Shown here piece after piece: positions 13,737 to 25,462 of a stretch of 64,000 bases of DNA. The DNA comes from Octopus sinensis (lineage: Eukaryota): the NCBI RefSeq assembly GCF_006345805.1, contig NC_043006.1, positions 76,260,001-76,324,000 on the forward strand, read 5' to 3'. The first letter of the stretch is position 1, and every line of letters starts with the position of its first letter. The notes beneath the pieces were generated by a model. The model worked only from the letters and a program-made list of their open reading frames with translations, ran no database searches and was not told where the DNA came from. The position numbers were made by a program, and so were the translations under genes.

Positions 13737-13812
13737 GTCTCTAACGACGGAATACCCAGTGTACAGAGATTCTAATCTATCGTTTGCCATATCCCAGAAA
13801 CATCTGTAAGAC
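13737..13812 (+). ncRNA. Degraded type I hammerhead ribozyme in PLE 3' region
   Basis: GTCT-CTAACGA-cGGAATA...TATCCCa-GAAA-CATCTG-TA-AGAC: stem I GTCT/AGAC intact, core G5->A, stem III mutated from CAGCTG (compare 34663-34714). Confidence 0.55.
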
Positions 13813-13954
13813 ATCCAATAATTAATTAACTTACTCAAATTCACCTTACTCTAATTAAATATTCTAATGACTTGAGATACTCGTCCTGCCTAAGTTTTTG
13901 TTGTTGTCCTTTTCCCTCTAATATATACCTACTAACTCGAAAGCCTACTACGGA

Positions 13955-14001
<47 letters not shown>

Positions 14002-14020
14002 TATATATATAAATTTATAT

Positions 14021-14307
14021 AAATGAGGATAAGATCGTTAATTTAATTATCGATCTAATCAAGTGGCCAGCATGCGAATACAAACCTTCAAAGGTAATAA
14101 TGATTATTAAAATTATAATTTAGGGTATTGAAGAGATACCTCCACGCTGAAAATAGCAGCCAACATTTGACTCCAAAACCACATTAAATGTTCATACCGC
14201 TTCTGGTGCGGTATGAACCTGAAGCGGTATGAACATTTAATGTGGTTTTAGAGTCAAATTTTGGCTGCTATTTCCAGCGTGGAGGTATCTCTTAGATACT
14301 CTAATTA
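14021..14307 (-). mobile_element. PLE-type terminal fragment with fold-back inversion in (TA)n
   Basis: Starts AAATGAGGATAAG...CAAGTGGCCAGCATG like 20758 and 27141; inverted arms ~14119-14203 / 14221-14304. Confidence 0.65.
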
Positions 14308-14386
14308 AATATATATATATATAATATATATATATACACCTTTGCGTGTGTGCCGTATGTCTGCCTCTCTCTTGTGTATGTGTTTG

Positions 14387-14442
<56 letters not shown>

Positions 14443-14894
14443 ATGTTTTGGATATTTATCTATTTCTACAAGGGCAATTAAATATTGAATGTGTGGTTGA
14501 AATTAACTTATTACTTCTGTTGGTGTCGATCGGCTTATCAGCAAAACCCTAGTTGGAGTGTAGCAGGGCAAAAGGCCAAGAACTTCTAAGGTATTATTGG
14601 AATTTAATATGATCAACTAACTTCACTCCAAGTATTGGAAATTATCTCTCATGGCAAGATAAGAAATAAAGGGGAAAATTATTTGTTGGTTATTTACTCG
14701 AAAATTAAATAACAAAATAAGTGCATTTGACTATCGAAATTAGAACTCTTCAACTGGGCTTCTTGCAGTAACTCATATAGACGTCTGAGTAGATCACCGG
14801 ACTGGCTATTTTGTATTTCTTGCCACTCCTGGTGCTTCAATTCTTGCTGATGTCAAAGATGGCTTTCATAATTTCGAGATCAATAGAGAATATT

Positions 14895-15179
14895 TTTCTA
14901 AGCCAAGCAAGATTATGGGCCCGGTTTCCCGGATTTTGTGGCGTATGTATTCCCCCCCAGTTGGACGAGACGCTAGTCCATCACAGCGTTACTCAAGAAA
15001 CAGGAAGAAAGTTGGAGCGAAAGAGTACAACATGGGTCGCCACCACCCCCTGCAAGAGCCTCGTATAGCTGCAGATGTTTTCGCTCAATAAACACACACA
15101 ATGCCCGGTCTGGGAATTGAAACCGCGATCCTCCGACCGTGAGTCCGCTGCCCTACCCACTGAGCCATTGCACCTCCAC
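14895..15179 (-). mobile_element. tRNA-derived SINE (family B' head, V-domain-like tail)
   Basis: Reverse complement GTGGAGGTGCAATGGCTCAGTGGGTAGGGCAGCGG...GGTTTCAATTCCC; tail GAGTAACGCTGTGATGGACTAGCGTCTCGTCCA shared with 39774-40023. Confidence 0.85.
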
Positions 15180-16387
15180 AAAAACATAGAGAAAATAACA
15201 AACGTTAAAGGTAAGTGAACGTTACGCACAGCAGTTCGTTCCTCTTACCACTCCAAAGCAAGCATTTCAGGACTCATGGAGAGAGTTACTTGAGAGAAAT
15301 TTAGCCAGCTAGAAATGATAGCCAGGCTCAATTAATCAATTTATGCCGTTACAATTCTAAACGCTATGATTTATAGTTCGATTGATAATGGAATTCTGTA
15401 GATGGAAGTTATAGTCAAACGAGATATCTCACATCAGGTCCCGTCATAGGAGCTATAAACATTAATGTTTTGTCATTTTTCTGATATATTTGAATACAGT
15501 ATAGTTGTGTGTATATAAGTGTGTGGTGTGTGTGTGTGTGTATGTGTGTGTGTGTATGTGTGTGTATGTGTGTGTGTTTGTGTGTGTTTGTGTGTTTGCC
15601 CGTGTACATGGAAGTAAATTGTGTACAACGTAGGAACTGAATGACAAAAGCAAAACTATGGATACATTTCTCATATTACATGTGCCTGAACAGAGCAAAA
15701 CAAGATCATGACAAATATTCGTATATTTCTTAAACTGTTATACACAGAATGAAATATTTGTAGAATCTATTTTATATGTTTTTCGTTTCTTTCATCATTT
15801 GTGTCAAACTGAATCTATAGTTTATATGACTTTTTGTTGATAGCCATGTGATCAACTGCCTCTGTTTCCCACTGATGTTTTCAATTGTCAAGTGATATTA
15901 TGTATTTCAGTCGCATCGCTAATCCTTTCAATAACGCATGAACAATAAATACCATCGTCCTTACTCTGAACCATTTATGACCTTTCTGATGTCTAAGCCA
16001 AAAATCAATATTCTTTAACCGGGACAAGAAAAATAGAGCAAAATATAAGCTTCTGAATAACCGAGGCCGTGATACTTTTGAATACCTGCTTGAATAATTT
16101 CCTTTCATGTACGATCCTAACATATATCTTACACACTGAATTGTGCATATGCAGAAAAAGCCACTAATGTTATCGTATTAGTATGCACCATGGAGTAGAA
16201 GTTCTGATAACGGCTGAAAACATTTTATAAATCTGACACAGATAACGTTTTGGATAATACTACGACTATACAATTCCCTAGTTCCAAATTCGCCGAAAAA
16301 TAGGGCATGGAATGTTTTAATCTTTTACTGCTCGAAGACAGAAAATATCTTACTACTTAAAGACAGTACATTTGTACAGAAAAGTAA

Positions 16388-16439
<52 letters not shown>
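16388..16439. repeat. (AAT)n microsatellite
   Basis: Pure trinucleotide run. Confidence 0.95.
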
Positions 16440-17150
16440 TACTATACGTCAGTAAATGGGAAAAGACGTAAAAAATGTGAAATAAATAAGAAAATGGATA
16501 AAATACTTCCACAAGGCAATTTAAAAATAGTAACAGGCCTTATAAGATAATGTAAAACATGAAATATAAAGCAACTAAAATTTAGTACAATAAAAGTGTA
16601 TAATTGCGATAATAATAGGAAAGAAAATAAACGTTTTGAAACGTATACGATATTCATAATTAGATAAAGGTAGAGGGGGGGGGGGCAAAGTACAAAAGAA
16701 AGACAGAGACAGGGTGAGGGGAAAAAAGAAGAAGATTATGATGATGACGAAGGCGAGGGAGGAGGAGACGTATGTGAATTATCTGCAGTGGACAACGGGA
16801 AATCAAATTTCTTTTTAGATCGTACAGAAATATTAAAAATATAGAAATAGGAACTTCTTTGAGAACACAACCAACAATTTTTGATGGAGTAGTAAAATCA
16901 ATTAATTGATTGGGCATTTTCCAATATATCAATACAGTCATGCATAAACATAAATATATGAATATTTACACACTTTTGCTATTTCCGTATCTATCTTTCT
17001 ATTTATCAATCTACATATCAATATATTTATAAGTACCTTTATTTGTATATACACATATAAATATATATATGATATATGTGTGCATGTCTACGGCAGCGGA
17101 TATATGTATGCATATACATACATACATATATTATATATATATATGTATTA

Positions 17151-17193
<43 letters not shown>

Positions 17194-17314
17194 ATATATT
17201 AATTTTTATATATATATATATATATATTAATTTATATATATATATTAATTTTATATAATATATATATATTATATATATTATTTATATATATATATTAATT
17301 ATATATATATATTA

Positions 17315-17348
<34 letters not shown>

Positions 17349-17963
17349 CAGTTCGTGTATATATTGTTGCACACCCCTTGTGATATCTACGCATGAATGT
17401 GGATACAAAAATTATATTGATAAAATGAAGAAATGGGTCGAAAAATCAAGGGGCAGATCTATAGGGGAGAATAGTGTACGAAAAGTCGATATTCAAATTT
17501 ATTGAGATGAAGAAGGATGCATACGCAGCTGTCCTTATGTGAGCGACGTGAAAAATATATTAATGTCGAACAGAAAATTCCAATAAAACAAAAGATCTAT
17601 TACTTGCTGTGTGTTTACAGACCCAAATAGATAGTTGTGTATGCATATGTACAAATATTCATACATACCCATGTTCATACAACATATACATGCTTATATA
17701 TATATTTCTATGCATGTATGCATGTATGTATCTATATATACATATATAGTTCTGTGTATCTATCTATATGTATACACTCCTATATATGTGTGTGTGTATA
17801 CAGACACACACACCTATATATATATATATAATAATATATATATATATATATATATATGTGTGTTTATTTATCTGTTTGTGTATGTGTTTGAGCGTGTTAT
17901 TGTCTCTCTCTCTTTCTCGCTCTCTATGTCCCTCTCTTTTTCTCTGTCGCTTTATATATATAT

Positions 17964-18036
<73 letters not shown>

Positions 18037-19575
18037 TATACTATGTGTGTGTGTTTGGGAGTTTGTGTGGATCGAAAATTTGAAAAATAAAAAATGCACA
18101 TAGTAATAAATATATACATACCAGAGTGAAATAAATTCCTCAAAGAGAGATCGAATACATAAAACTCAGTATTGGCAAACCTGAAGAAACTGAAAAAATC
18201 TAGTGCAGCAGAAGTTTAATCGGAAACCTGAATTTTATTGCAATCAATACGAAACAGAAATTGTACTATTAGAGAACTTAGCATCAATATTGCTAAATGA
18301 AGGGACTCATACATCAGTAACATTCATATCACGTTTCTGAACATGCGACGTTCCTGCGAACTTCCATGTGTAATACCTAGAACTATTTAAGACTATGCAA
18401 TATTCTTTTGCAGCATACGATTAAAATGTTTAATAATATAAGATATTTAAGTAGTTTAATGTGCTGGCAAGTGACCTTGGAGAATGCATATGAAATACGC
18501 TAACGTTATCTCGTATCCAATGTCTTCTTGAATCAAATGTAAAATCAATAAATTATATGGATTTATAGGTCTATTCCATAAATTTCATAGTTAGGTATAT
18601 GTGGCGTATTCTGAGTTTTCGATTGTCAATATGTCGACACACACACACACATACCCACATGCATAGATATTACAGCACAAATCCATGCATAAACCTCCGA
18701 TATATTATGTTCCACTGTCTATCTATTTATCCATCCATCTACCACTTTCTGTTTTTATCCCTGCATCTATCTCACACTCTGTGTTTATTCATCCATCTAT
18801 ATCTCACTCTCTGTTTATCCATCCGTCCATATATATCACTCTTTGTGTATCCATCCATCTATCTCTCTATTTATCCATCTAGCTATCTCACTTTTGGCGT
18901 GCGTAAATATATTTATCTTCACACTAGTTTTACATTCTCCCTTCAACATTACTTATTTAAAAATTTCTTGCACTCCGTCTATTTAAATACACGATTTACA
19001 CTTCTCTCTCTATCGAAAACCATTTTGAGATAGCCGATAAGCCTTCATTACTAACTAATGAGAAATCAATCACGCCACTGAGCGTTCATGCGTTTTTCAC
19101 TCAGTCTATTTTCTTCTACAGATTTATACGCTAAAATGGGATTTGTACTTTCTGTCTACAAATTGACTTCCTTGTGGGATATAGTATTATTTCACTTTTA
19201 TTCGTTCACTTTTGTGTGTGTGATTGCGAGTTTGATACGTACGAGATAGTAAAGGATATTTTATACTAGGACGACGACCACGTCACATATATGCGTCTGT
19301 ACGTGTCTCCTAGTGTGTGTATGTATGCTTGTATGCCCTATGACTGCATGCTTGTTTCCGCGTTAGGTACGTTATTAAACGCACATACATCTACTCATAC
19401 ATATACACATGTGACGACTGACATGCATGGATGTATGGCTGAAAGTGTGTCTTTCTTACTATACGTATGTGAGTGTATGCGTCTGTGAGTGCGTGTGTGT
19501 TTGCGTGAACGTTACGTTCGTTATAAAACACACATCTCTCTCTCTCTCTCTACACACACACACATATATATGTAT

Positions 19576-19659
<84 letters not shown>

Positions 19660-19931
19660 CAACAATGGCTGGGTGAAACTCTTGACAAAAAACAAGTACG
19701 TGGAAGGTCCACCTTATACAAAAATACACAACTGCCGTTCAATTAACAGCTCATAATTATCGCAGTAATTGCAAGGTTGGAAGGTATTTACAATTTTCTC
19801 ATATCTGGTTAATTTACACTGCATACAAATATATAAACCTACTGCATAACATACAACTGCTTACAAAAATAGAGATTAATGTATATTCTTTTCTTTGTTA
19901 ATAATTGTTTTGTAAAATATCGATAAAAACT

Positions 19932-20640
19932 ATGCTACCAAAGAAAAAGCGCAATCTCTCCGGAAACACCTATGAAGCAAGGAGACACCGAACGTGCAGA
20001 AAACCGAAGGCGTGAGTTTCAAGAGATAAGGGACATGAAACTTTCTCAACATTAGCCAAAGCATGCTGCAGCACGTCAGATGGAGTCTCAATACACAAAG
20101 AATGTGGCACTTTCCAAAGATCACCAAGCGCATGCTGCAGCACGTCAAATACAGATTCAAGGGAGAAGGAAGAGGAGACTTTCTCAACATCAGCAAGAGT
20201 ATGCTGCAGCACGTCTGATAGAGTCCCGAGGGAGATGACACTTTCTTAGGGTTGGCAAAGGCTTGCTGAAGCAAATCACAAGGGAGATGAGGCTTTCTCA
20301 GGATCAGCAAGGCATGCAACAGCACATCAGAGCGACTCTCAAGAGAGAAGGGAGATGAGACTCTCTCAAGATCAGCAAAGGCATGTTGCAGTAGATAATG
20401 CGGAATCATGAAAACAAATTTTAAGACGCCAGATTACACCTCGGTCCAATAGAAAATTCCTCCGAAACAGACCACGTACAAATGTGTTCTTCACAACATC
20501 TGGAGCTGCTTTCAGATATGATCCTTCCCATTCTTATAAAAATGATAATGTTCTCCAAATCGGTGTGCTAAACTCATTGTCGTTTATACAAAACTTTAAA
20601 ATTTACTCCACAAATGTTTTGTCGCCAATGCTGCACTATC
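19932..20640 (+). pseudogene. Helitron RepHel N-terminal region (STPR-like 23-aa repeats plus Zn-finger lead-in), disrupted
   Basis: MLPKKSAISPETP then 69-bp units (YATGCTGCAGCACGTC at 20062, 20131, 20200) encoding e.g. ESQYTKNVALSKDHQAHAAARQI and DSQERREMRLSQDQQRH, followed by GAAFRYDPSHSYKNDNVLQIGVLNSLCRLYKTLKF, resembling Helitron AF.YDP..DY......IG.M...C..C.ALKF. Stops and frameshifts are present. Confidence 0.75.
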
Positions 20641-20709
20641 CTGTATGACCTGGTTCAACACAACAGTAATACACATACCCACACACGCACACACATAGAC
20701 ACACACACG

Positions 20710-20744
<35 letters not shown>

Positions 20745-21042
20745 TAATATATATAATAATTTCAACAATTGAGGGTAAAATTAATTAATTATTAATCAGT
20801 TTCATCACCCAGTGTTCAGTATGTAAAGGGACCATTAAAGGCGAATTCAAAATATTACATATATATAAGGCTTAGTAAAATAAATTACTTTGCCACATAC
20901 TGAACTCATTAGAAATAGCAGCTAAAGAAATTTCTTCCAGCTTTTCTAATACTTAAAGAAGATCTCTCTCAGATAGTGCTTGCCTAAACTAACTCACAAA
21001 AGTATGGGGGAAAAAACATTAAAAATCAAGTGCAAAGGTATT

Positions 21043-21093
21043 TGAGAACGTACGTTTCTAGATTAGTCAATTCGACACTTCTTTCTTCACTCA
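21043..21093 (-). ncRNA. Hammerhead ribozyme, unit 1 (core C3 missing in this assembly)
   Basis: Reverse complement TGAG-TGAAGA-AAGAAGTGTCGAATTGACTAATCTA-GAAA-CGTACG-TT-CTCA. Confidence 0.6.
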
Positions 21094-21585
21094 GAATTCC
21101 TTGAATCGGATTTGGGAACACTTAAAGTCGGGAGCATACCCTTTCGGCTTCTAATCACCTATAGAATTCTGCTCGAACTAAAAGTACTATCAAATTCGAA
21201 TATGCAAGCGAAGAATTTCTGCTCTCTCCCCTTTCCACCACGTGGGTTAAAATTGACAAACACGTATTAACAGTGAAGACCGCAGAATTAGCTAAGAGAG
21301 ATGATTATAATTTCAACAATTGAGGGTAAAATTAATTAATTATTAATCAGTTTTCACCAAGTGTTTCATATGTAAAGGACCATTATAGCGAATTCAAAAT
21401 ATTACATTATATATAAGGGCTTAGTAAATAAATTACTTCCACTACTAACTCATTAGAAATAGCGCTAAAGAATTTCTTCAGCTATTTCTAATACTTAAAG
21501 AAGATCTCTCTCAGATAGTGCTTGCCTAAACTAACTCACAAAAGTATGGGGGAAAAAACATTAAAAAATCAGTGCAAAGGTTATT

Positions 21586-21637
21586 TGAGAACGTACGTTT
21601 CTAGATTAGTCAATTCGACATTTCTTTCTTCAGCTCA
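21586..21637 (-). ncRNA. Minimal type I hammerhead ribozyme, unit 2 (intact core)
   Basis: Reverse complement UGAG-CUGAAGA-aAGAaauGUCgaauuGACuaaUCUa-GAAA-CGUACG-UU-CUCA: stem I UGAG/CUCA, CUGANGA and GAAA boxes, palindromic stem III ACGUACGU, GUU cleavage triplet. Confidence 0.8.
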
Positions 21638-22153
21638 GAATTCCTTGAATCGGATTTGGGACACTTAAAGTCGGGAGCATACTCTTTCGGCTTCTAATCA
21701 CCTAGATTCTGCTCGAACTAAAATGCTATCAAATTCGAATATGCAGCGAGAATGAAGATGCTAGCTTCTCGCTCTCCCCTTTCCACCAGCGGGGTTAAAA
21801 GTGACAAACACCAAGTATTAACAGTGAAGACCGCAGAATTTAGCTAAGAGAGATGAATTATAATTTCAACAACTTTCAACAATTGAGGGTAATTATTAAT
21901 TATTAATCATTTTCACCATTGTTCAGTATGTAAAGGGACCATTATAGGCTAATTCAAAATATTACATTATTAATAAGGGCTTAGTAAAATAAATTACTTT
22001 GCCACATACTGAACTCATTAAATAGCAGCTAAAAGAATTTCTTCAGCTATTTCTAATACTTAAAGAAGATCTCTCCTCAGATAGTGCTTGCCTAAACACT
22101 AACTCACAAAAGTATGGGGGAAAAAACATTAAAAAATCAAGTGCAAAGGTATT

Positions 22154-22209
22154 TGAGAACGTACTTTCTAGATTAGTCAATTCGACATTTCTTTCTCTTC
22201 TTCAGCTCA
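22154..22209 (-). ncRNA. Hammerhead ribozyme, unit 3 (1-nt stem III deletion, 5-nt insertion)
   Basis: Same motif as unit 2 with GAAA-GTACG-TT and an extra GAAGA after the core. Confidence 0.55.
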
Positions 22210-22378
22210 GAATTCCTTGAATCGGATTTGGGAACACTTAAAGTCGGAGCATACCCTTTCGGCTTCTATTAGAAATAGCTGAAGAAATTTCTTTAGCTGC
22301 TATTTCTAATGAGTTCAGTATGTGGCAAAGTATTTATTTTACTAAGCCCTTATTATATAATATAATATATATATATAC

Positions 22379-22424
<46 letters not shown>

Positions 22425-22790
22425 TATATTATATTATATATATATATATATATAATATGTATATATATATTAATACATTCTTGAGTTCGTTTGTGCACTG
22501 AAGAGCATAAAATGCATATACTGCATTGATTGCAAAATCACAGGTGATATGTAACTAAATTCTGTTTTTAAATGTCTCGCTTCGAAGATTGCATTCGGTA
22601 CAATTTGTTTTTTTGGTATTTTTGACTTTAAACGTCCCTCCTAGCGTGCGGCATCTATGTGTAATAATTTTGATTATATAATATAAATAAATATTTTCAA
22701 GTTGAGAAAATTTACGGATTTTTTCTCTTATGAGGTTTTTGCACGCTAACTACTTGATAATTTCTTATGAAGATTTTATCCCATTTTAAA

Positions 22791-22844
<54 letters not shown>

Positions 22845-22957
22845 TCAGATGACTATGGTACTTAAGTTAAATACACCGGAATTTGGTATGGTATTATCCA
22901 TATAAATCAAATGGGGTGATTATAATCAAAATAAGCAACAAGGATATCCAAAGTTTG

Positions 22958-23045
22958 TGTAGTACAATCGTTTCATGCTACTTCATTTAATTAAACAATG
23001 TAAGTATTACATCAGCTTTACAATGTAGAGCAATCTTCAGCCACA
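22958..23045 (-). ncRNA. Type I hammerhead ribozyme in a second PLE-type fragment (22841-23293)
   Basis: Reverse complement UGUGG-CUGAAGA-uUGCU...AGCAu-GAAA-CGAUUG-UA-CUACA; stem I UGUGG/CUACA, GUA site. Confidence 0.7.
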
Positions 23046-23378
23046 TATGGGATTTTTAAAATTGAATTGACAATGTTCATTTTCATACTTATTCCATTTG
23101 CCAACATTACAAAGAGGGTAGATATACAGACAGAGAGGGGAATTTCATCAGTAACAACATGGTAGTAGAAGGGTAGAAGAGTACTCTACATTTTAAATCT
23201 GATGTAATATTTACATTGTTTAAATAAATGAAGTAGCATGAAACGAATGTACTACACTACCTTTGAATATCCTTGTTGCTAATTTTGATTATATATATAT
23301 ATACACACACACAAACTACATATAAATGTATATATATATATATATATAATATATATATATATCTACATATATTATATA

Positions 23379-23431
<53 letters not shown>

Positions 23432-24289
23432 CTATATATATTATATATATATATATATATAATATATATATATATCTATGATATGATAAGTATATATAAC
23501 TATCGAACACACATATATTTATGTGTTTGTATGTGTGTGGGTGATGTTATAAATGTGAAATATGCATATTAATTAGTTATCGTAGGTTTAGTCGTTGTTT
23601 TTCAGAAATAAAATACATGATTTGGAAAAAATCTATTTTGCGTGGGCCGAAATAAATCTGAAGGAGAGGAGTTCTATTTTATCGATGTGAAAATTACTGT
23701 ATAATTTCTGCTGTATGCACTTTTCCTTTCAAAATGACCAATATTTCTATTTTCAAATCTTTAGATGAGAATAAGGAGATGTAAGTGAAGATAAAAATAC
23801 ATAATTTATAAAGACCAAATAGTTACATGTTGTAGATATACACGTATCTACCGACTCTTTCAAAAGTGATATTCAGATCCTCTAATATAATAGCATGTTT
23901 GTGTTGTAGTTTACTTTAACTGATAAGTAAATATAGTGGGAAGTAGCTGTAGAGTTTGTTGCTTTAATATCAGACTCTGGATGAATTGTGGTTCAGTAGA
24001 CCTGTAATGAAATCTTTCCAACTATGAGTAAGCGAATCACTCCTGGGCAATATTGCTTAACATGCATTTCTTCTTATTATTTCGATCATGTGTTACTTGG
24101 GAGAGATTTGGTATGCAAAAAGCTGCCGTTGAGCAATTTTTGTTGGAGGTATTGAGGGATTACGACAGTTTATAAAATGAAAAGTCTGGCTGGGAAAAGA
24201 AGAGATAATGATGAAAAGACAAAATTTAAATTAGCATCGAAATTCTGATCCCTCACATTAAAGCAAAATGCGTATCTCTCTCGTCTTCT

Positions 24290-24860
24290 CTCCAGGGAAT
24301 AGAGCCTCAGTTCCTTTAGCCTCTCTCATTTGGATCGAGTGAAGCTTCTCCATACGAGTAGTAAGGCCTCCCTTTTCCTGGTTTTGAATGTCCTCAGAAT
24401 CTACCCAGCTACTAGACTCCACAGTGTTGCCATATTTGTAATATGTACATGGAATGTTGCATCTTTGCTCATGTGAACCCCCAGGTCCTGCAAGGAATCT
24501 GACCCTGGGATCGTATCACTTTCTGGTCCAGAGTATTCAGATTTTACCCTGGTGTTGGACCGATAGTGTAGTGCTTGAAATTTCATAGCACTAATATCTA
24601 TGTTAATTTTGTTAGCCCAGTTGTATATTTCATTTAGATCGTTCTGCATTTTTATGATATACTCTGGGTTCCTAACTGCCTGCGATGTTTTTGTTTCGTC
24701 AGCATAACTGGTCAGATTGGCTGACAGTACGGCGGAAGGTATGTCTGAGAGAGCCACCACAAATAGTAGTGTCCGCACTACAGTTCTCTGTTGAACTCCG
24801 TTGAGAATTGGTGTCTCTTCAGAGCTAGCATCTTTGGGTACAAGACTCCTGCTTTTCAGA
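24290..24860 (-). pseudogene. CR1/L2-type LINE reverse transcriptase fragment
   Basis: NGVQQRTVVRTLLFVVALSD...SYADETK...MQNDLNEIYNWA...DLGVHMSKDATFHVHI, a decayed GVPQGTVLGPLLF...YADDTK. Confidence 0.85.
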
Positions 24861-24874
24861 GAACCATATATATA

Positions 24875-24963
<89 letters not shown>

Positions 24964-24965
24964 GT

Positions 24966-25291
24966 GAAGGCGCAGGCTCAGTGGTTAGAGCGTCGAGCTT
25001 ACGATCGTGAGCTCGAATACCGGATCGGGCTGCATGTTGTGTTCTTGAGCAAGGCACTTTATTACACGTTGCTCCAGTTCATTCAGCTGTAGTAATGAGT
25101 TGCGACATCACTGGTGCCAAGCTGTATAGACCTTTGTCTTTCCCTTGGATAACACTGGTGGCGTGGAGAGGGGAGGCTGGTATGCATAGGCGACTGCTGG
25201 TCTTCCATAAACCACCTCGCCCGGACTTGTGTCTAGGAGGGTAACTTTCTAGGTGCAATTCCATGGTCTGTGTCGTGACCGAAGGGGATCT

Positions 25292-25292
<1 letters not shown>
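24966..25292 (+). mobile_element. tRNA-derived SINE (family B head, distinct tail) in (TA)n
   Basis: GAAGGCGCAGGCTCAGTGGTTAGAGCG head; GTGTTCTTGAGCAAGGCAC...TTGCTCCAGTTCATTCAGCTG body. Confidence 0.85.
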
Positions 25293-25324
<32 letters not shown>

Positions 25325-25462
25325 ATACATGTATATATACAAGTACATATATATTATATACAAATACATATATATATATATATATTATATATATAACATA
25401 TATATATATACATACATATATATATATGCATACATGTATATACATATATAAATACATACATA

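Larger units (their letters stand above)
10921..13950 (+). mobile_element. Fossil Penelope-like retroelement: RT remnant, linker invaded by microsatellites and two SINEs, GIY-YIG endonuclease, 3' region with degraded HHR
   Basis: Hand translation gives DEVTTWFHLLENK/FLQFDTNYYYASVSPILLNKALILAK (~10930-11057, RT motif FxxFDIxxFYPSI), HFP...IFYRSALKLSCSSPPNVKSIFTSSN (~11084-11190), CNCQSGTDCLLQAHS...AVYNCIV...HYFGST...QRYSLH...STSLANHIYQL (12343-12588) and CGLCLKKALQI...LLNKQNEAFSTCKHK (~12658-12755). Frameshifts and deletions are present. Confidence 0.8.
20758..22361 (-). repeat. Non-coding ~552-bp tandem array (2.7 units plus a 94-bp inverted piece) with one hammerhead per unit; retrozyme-like or tandem PLE pLTRs
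   Basis: Units begin AATTTCAAC at 20758, 21309, 21862; third ends ~22268; 22268-22361 is the reverse complement of an internal unit segment; (TA)n on both sides; no ORF >=60 aa in the track. Confidence 0.9.

Noticed and set aside
19930-20409. 159-aa minus-strand leucine-rich repeat ORF
   Set aside because: Antisense of the STPR-like Helitron repeats.
20758-22268. Tandem array as CRISPR or simple satellite
   Set aside because: No repeat-spacer structure; whole units repeat, context is eukaryotic, and HHR motifs explain it better.
22490-22602. Hammerhead-like CTGAAGA...GAAGATTGCATTC
   Set aside because: GAAA box broken and stems unconvincing; at most a very old relic.
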